Below the pieces are notes generated by a model that had not been told where the DNA came from, ran no database searches, and worked only from the letters and a program-made list of their open reading frames with translations. A program made the translations under genes and the position numbers. Below are positions 60,924 through 64,000 of a stretch of DNA of 64,000 bases, piece by piece. How positions within the stretch are numbered: the stretch's first letter is position 1; each line of letters starts with the position of its first letter. Source of the stretch: an uncultured cyanobacterium (GTDB taxonomy: Bacteria > Cyanobacteriota > Cyanobacteriia > Phormidesmidales > Phormidesmidaceae); NCBI GenBank assembly GCA_963793265.1, contig CAWBZI010000005.1, positions 1 to 64,000 on the forward strand. The letters are read 5' to 3'.

Positions 60924-62900
60924 TTACGTCACCGACGCCTTCTGTTTCTCTTCCTTACCACTCTCCTTCAAAGATGTCGATCTATCGCGCATCTCTAAAA
61001 ACACCAGCAGCGCATTCATGTCCGCCGGATTCACGCCGCCAATCCGCGTCGCCTGCCCTACGGTCATCGGCTTCACCTTATTCAGCTTCTCCCGAGACTC
61101 CATCGAAAGCGTGTCAATCGTCATATAGTCAAGATCCTGTGGCAAAGAGCGATTTGTTTGCCGAGAGATCTGATCGATCTGCTTTTGCTGCCGCTGGATG
61201 TAGCCTGAGTACTTAATATCAATCTCAGCGCCTTCTTTCTCAGCTCGATTGAGTGAGTCGTTACCGAGCCCATACGCCTCTAACTGCGCGTAATGAAACT
61301 TAGGCCGACGAATGAGATCGGCCAGGGTTACAGATCCCTTTATTTTCTGTTGCGTGTCTGCATAAATTTGCTGCCCAAGCTCATCGTGCTCTTTCACCCT
61401 AACGCTGTGAAGTCTCTCTTTTTCAGCCACAATGTTCGCCTGCTTTTGCTCGTACAGATTCCAGCGGCGATCGCCCACCAGCCCAAGCTCACGCCCCAAC
61501 GGCGTCAGCCGCTGATCGGCATTATCCGAGCGCAAAATCAAACGATACTCCGAGCGCGAAGTTAGCACCCGATAAGGCTCACGCAAATCTTTCGTGCACA
61601 AGTCATCAATCAACGTACCGATATAGCTACCTTCACGCGGGAACACAACCATATCCTGACCGTTGCACAGCCTTGCTGCATTCACACCCGCAACCAGTCC
61701 TTGTGCCGCTGCCTCTTCATAGCCTGTCGTACCGTTGATTTGCCCCGCGCAAAATAAGCCCTCAACCTTTTTTGTCATCAGCGTAGGGAAGCACTGAGTC
61801 GCAGGAAGATAGTCGTAGTCCACCGCGTAAGCAGGACGAAGCATCAGGCAGTTTTCTAAGCCAGGCAGACTTTTCAGCATCTCGGCCTGTAAGGTTTCAG
61901 GCAAACCAGTAGAGAAGCCTTGAATGTAAAGTTCAGGGTAGTCTCGGCCTTCAGGCTCAATGAAAATTTGGTGGCTTTCTTTTTCAGCAAAACGGACAAT
62001 CTTGTCCTCAATACACGGGCAGTAGCGGGGGCCTTTGGATTCGACCCAGCCGCCATAAACCGGGGAAAGGTGGAGGTTGTCGCGCACGAGCTTATGAGTT
62101 TCGGCGGTGGTGCGGGTCATGTAGCAGGGGATTTGCTCGCGCTCGTTCCATTCAGCCGGGTCAAAGCTAAACCAGCGGACATCGGTGTCGCCGGGCTGGG
62201 TATCTAGCTGCCGATAGTCTACAGAGCGCTTGTCTACGCGAGCGGGGGTGCCGGTTTTGAGGCGGCTGGTTTCAAAGCCGAGACGGTTTAGGGTTTCGCT
62301 CATGCCGATGGCGGCGGGCTCTCCGGCGCGGCCTGCAGAAAGGGATTTTTTGCCGACCCAGATGGTGCCGTTGAGGAAAGTTCCAGTCGTGAGGATGACA
62401 GCTTTGCAGCCAAAAGTCATGCCAAAGTAGGTTTCTAGACCAATAATTTCGTTGTTTTTGCCGAGCACCAAATCGGTAGCCATGCCCTCACGCAGCGTCA
62501 GGTTCTCCTGATTTTCAACCACGGACTTCATGACGGCGGCATATTCGCGCTTGTCGGTTTGAGCCCGCAAAGCCCACACAGCAGGGCCGCGTGAGCTATT
62601 GAGAATGCGCTTTTGCAGATAGGTGCGATCGGCAATTTTACCAATCTCGCCGCCGAGGGCATCTACTTCGTGAGTAAGCTGTGACTTGGCAGGGCCACCC
62701 ACGGCTGGGTTGCAGGGCTGCCAGGCAATGCGGTCTAAGTTCATCGTCAGCAGCAGCGTTCGGCACCCCAAGCGGGCAGCGGCTAGGGCTGATTCGCAGC
62801 CTGCATGGCCTGCGCCTACTACAATTACGTCGAATTCGTCTGAAAAGGAGACGCTCATATTGATCTGCTGCTGAGGGTGCTGGGACTTACTTGTTTTCAT
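60924..62900 (-). CDS. mnmG: tRNA uridine-5-carboxymethylaminomethyl synthesis enzyme
   Basis: [52 protein letters not shown]; start may be ATG 62858. Confidence 0.97.
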   Translation of the reverse strand: MKTSKSQHPQQQINMSVSFSDEFDVIVVGAGHAGCESALAAARLGCRTLLLTMNLDRIAWQPCNPAVGGPAKSQLTHEVDALGGEIGKIADRTYLQKRILNSSRGPAVWALRAQTDKREYAAVMKSVVENQENLTLREGMATDLVLGKNNEIIGLETYFGMTFGCKAVILTTGTFLNGTIWVGKKSLSAGRAGEPAAIGMSETLNRLGFETSRLKTGTPARVDKRSVDYRQLDTQPGDTDVRWFSFDPAEWNEREQIPCYMTRTTAETHKLVRDNLHLSPVYGGWVESKGPRYCPCIEDKIVRFAEKESHQIFIEPEGRDYPELYIQGFSTGLPETLQAEMLKSLPGLENCLMLRPAYAVDYDYLPATQCFPTLMTKKVEGLFCAGQINGTTGYEEAAAQGLVAGVNAARLCNGQDMVVFPREGSYIGTLIDDLCTKDLREPYRVLTSRSEYRLILRSDNADQRLTPLGRELGLVGDRRWNLYEQKQANIVAEKERLHSVRVKEHDELGQQIYADTQQKIKGSVTLADLIRRPKFHYAQLEAYGLGNDSLNRAEKEGAEIDIKYSGYIQRQQKQIDQISRQTNRSLPQDLDYMTIDTLSMESREKLNKVKPMTVGQATRIGGVNPADMNALLVFLEMRDRSTSLKESGKEEKQKASVT

Positions 62901-63123
62901 CTGTCATTCTAGCGACTGTCGGGGGCTTGCTGGGGCTCAGGTTATTTCTAATGAGATTGGTGCGCTATGTCGTTTTATATCGCTAGGATGACGGAGCTAG
63001 ATACGCACAGTTTGGTAGGCTGCTGCTGTATGTAAATACTTTTTTAATAATTAAGCTGAGCAGTTGTTGAGTGAAGCCGCTTTGACCATCCAGCTTTAAG
63101 AGAACCCTATTGTGGTAAATGAG

Positions 63124-64000
63124 ATGGATTTTGGTAGGGCATTAGCCCATAAGCAAGACACTATTATTCAAATTTGGATAGATCGGGTGCGCTGTAATGT
63201 GGAAATTGAAAGTACGCAAGGTTTAACGTCTCGGGCCATTTTGGACAGTTTGCCAAAGTTGATTAGCGCGATCGCTCACCTCCTTTCCCAATCCGAATCT
63301 GCCGACATTACCGCTCTACTGCGCCACGGAATAGATCACGGTGCGCTGAGGGCCAAGCAAGGCTACGACGCCGAAGAGATCGCGCGCGAATATGGCATCT
63401 TGCGCAGCGTTATTTTTGACGCTATGGAAAGCGAGCTTTTAGAAAGCAAGCCTGCGCCCGTGCTCAGAACGACGCGGCTGATCAACGGCGCAATCGATAA
63501 GGCGATCGCCCTTTGCATGAAGCGCTATACCGACGAGCGCTTGAAAGAGGTCAATTTGCTATACGACGAACTCCTCGTTAGCAATCAAGAACTAGACTGG
63601 ATAGTTCGCACAGAAAAAACAAATCTATCGCATCTTGCACATGAGCTAAAAAGTCCGCTGAGCAGCATTATTGGCTATTCAGATCTGTTTTTGCGGCAGC
63701 GAGAGATCATGTCGGAGATTCATCCTGAATATGTAGAGCGAGTGCTCAGCAGCGGACGGCAGTTGCTAATGATCATCAACGAGACGCTAGCAGTATCGAC
63801 CTACCGAGCCGGGCAGGTGAAGCTAGCGTCGCAGCCGGTAGAAGTGTGTGAAGTGGTCAAAGAGGTGGTGACGGCGCTGGAAATTTTGGCCCAGCAAAAG
63901 GATCTGCCGATTTCAGTAGCGTGCGAGCCCATCGATCAGCGCGTGATCACAGACGGCGGACGGCTACGGCAGATTTTGACCAACTTAATTAGCAATGCGA
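63124..64000 (+). CDS. Histidine kinase with RsbRD-N-like N-terminus (runs off the window end)
   Basis: My translation: MDFGRALAHKQDTIIQIW...HGALRAKQGYDAEEIAREYGILR...LAHELKSPL...RLRQILTNLISNA; absent from the ORF track because it has no stop in the window. Confidence 0.85.
   Translation, partial: MDFGRALAHKQDTIIQIWIDRVRCNVEIESTQGLTSRAILDSLPKLISAIAHLLSQSESADITALLRHGIDHGALRAKQGYDAEEIAREYGILRSVIFDAMESELLESKPAPVLRTTRLINGAIDKAIALCMKRYTDERLKEVNLLYDELLVSNQELDWIVRTEKTNLSHLAHELKSPLSSIIGYSDLFLRQREIMSEIHPEYVERVLSSGRQLLMIINETLAVSTYRAGQVKLASQPVEVCEVVKEVVTALEILAQQKDLPISVACEPIDQRVITDGGRLRQILTNLISNA

Larger units (their letters stand above)
2777..63510. repeat. Dispersed HIP1 octamers (GCGATCGC)
   Basis: Dozens of copies, e.g. 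2777, 5776, 14832, 26033, 28189, 30443, 33440, 41299, 53097, 54610; none noticed in 1-2000 or 59000-60900. Confidence 0.95.

Noticed and set aside
416..62874. Many short antisense or alternate-frame ORFs in the track
   Set aside because: They shadow well-supported genes and have no recognisable motifs; I used only those that complete frameshifted genes
14898..62900. rsmG (gidB) and mnmG (gidA) in the same window
   Set aside because: About 45 kb apart and on opposite strands; no operon and no origin signature seen

Overview
Cyanobacterial chromosomal DNA. The HIP1 octamer GCGATCGC is abundant, and pcyA, an FtsH3-type protease and DUF3531/DUF4278 genes are present; a Leptolyngbyaceae-like lineage is my inference. 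The window holds about 50 CDS: a convergent C5-methyltransferase/putative endonuclease pair, a Wzc-Wza-Wzy-Wzx polysaccharide cluster, housekeeping genes (moaE, rsmG, ftsH, pyrB, gpmI, secG, pcyA, gmk, mutS, mnmG), several histidine kinases, a DUF4347-cadherin-esterase surface protein and an AT-richer nuclease/HicAB islet. Most notable: (1) an operon pairing a Cache-HAMP cyclase-like protein that has lost its catalytic residues with an MscS channel whose cNMP domain has lost its cAMP-binding residues; (2) an apparent G/T-rich to C/A-rich compositional flip centred on HIP1 sites, independent of gene strand; (3) an NtcA box plus an expanded glutamine (glnA-class) riboswitch upstream of a DUF4278/PirA-like gene; (4) a Wzc lacking its tyrosine cluster next to a Wzy carrying a tyrosine-pentad tail. 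Four genes are broken by single-base indels that most likely are assembly errors. I saw no rRNA, tRNA, CRISPR array or transposase. All family assignments come from motif recognition by eye; no database search was run.
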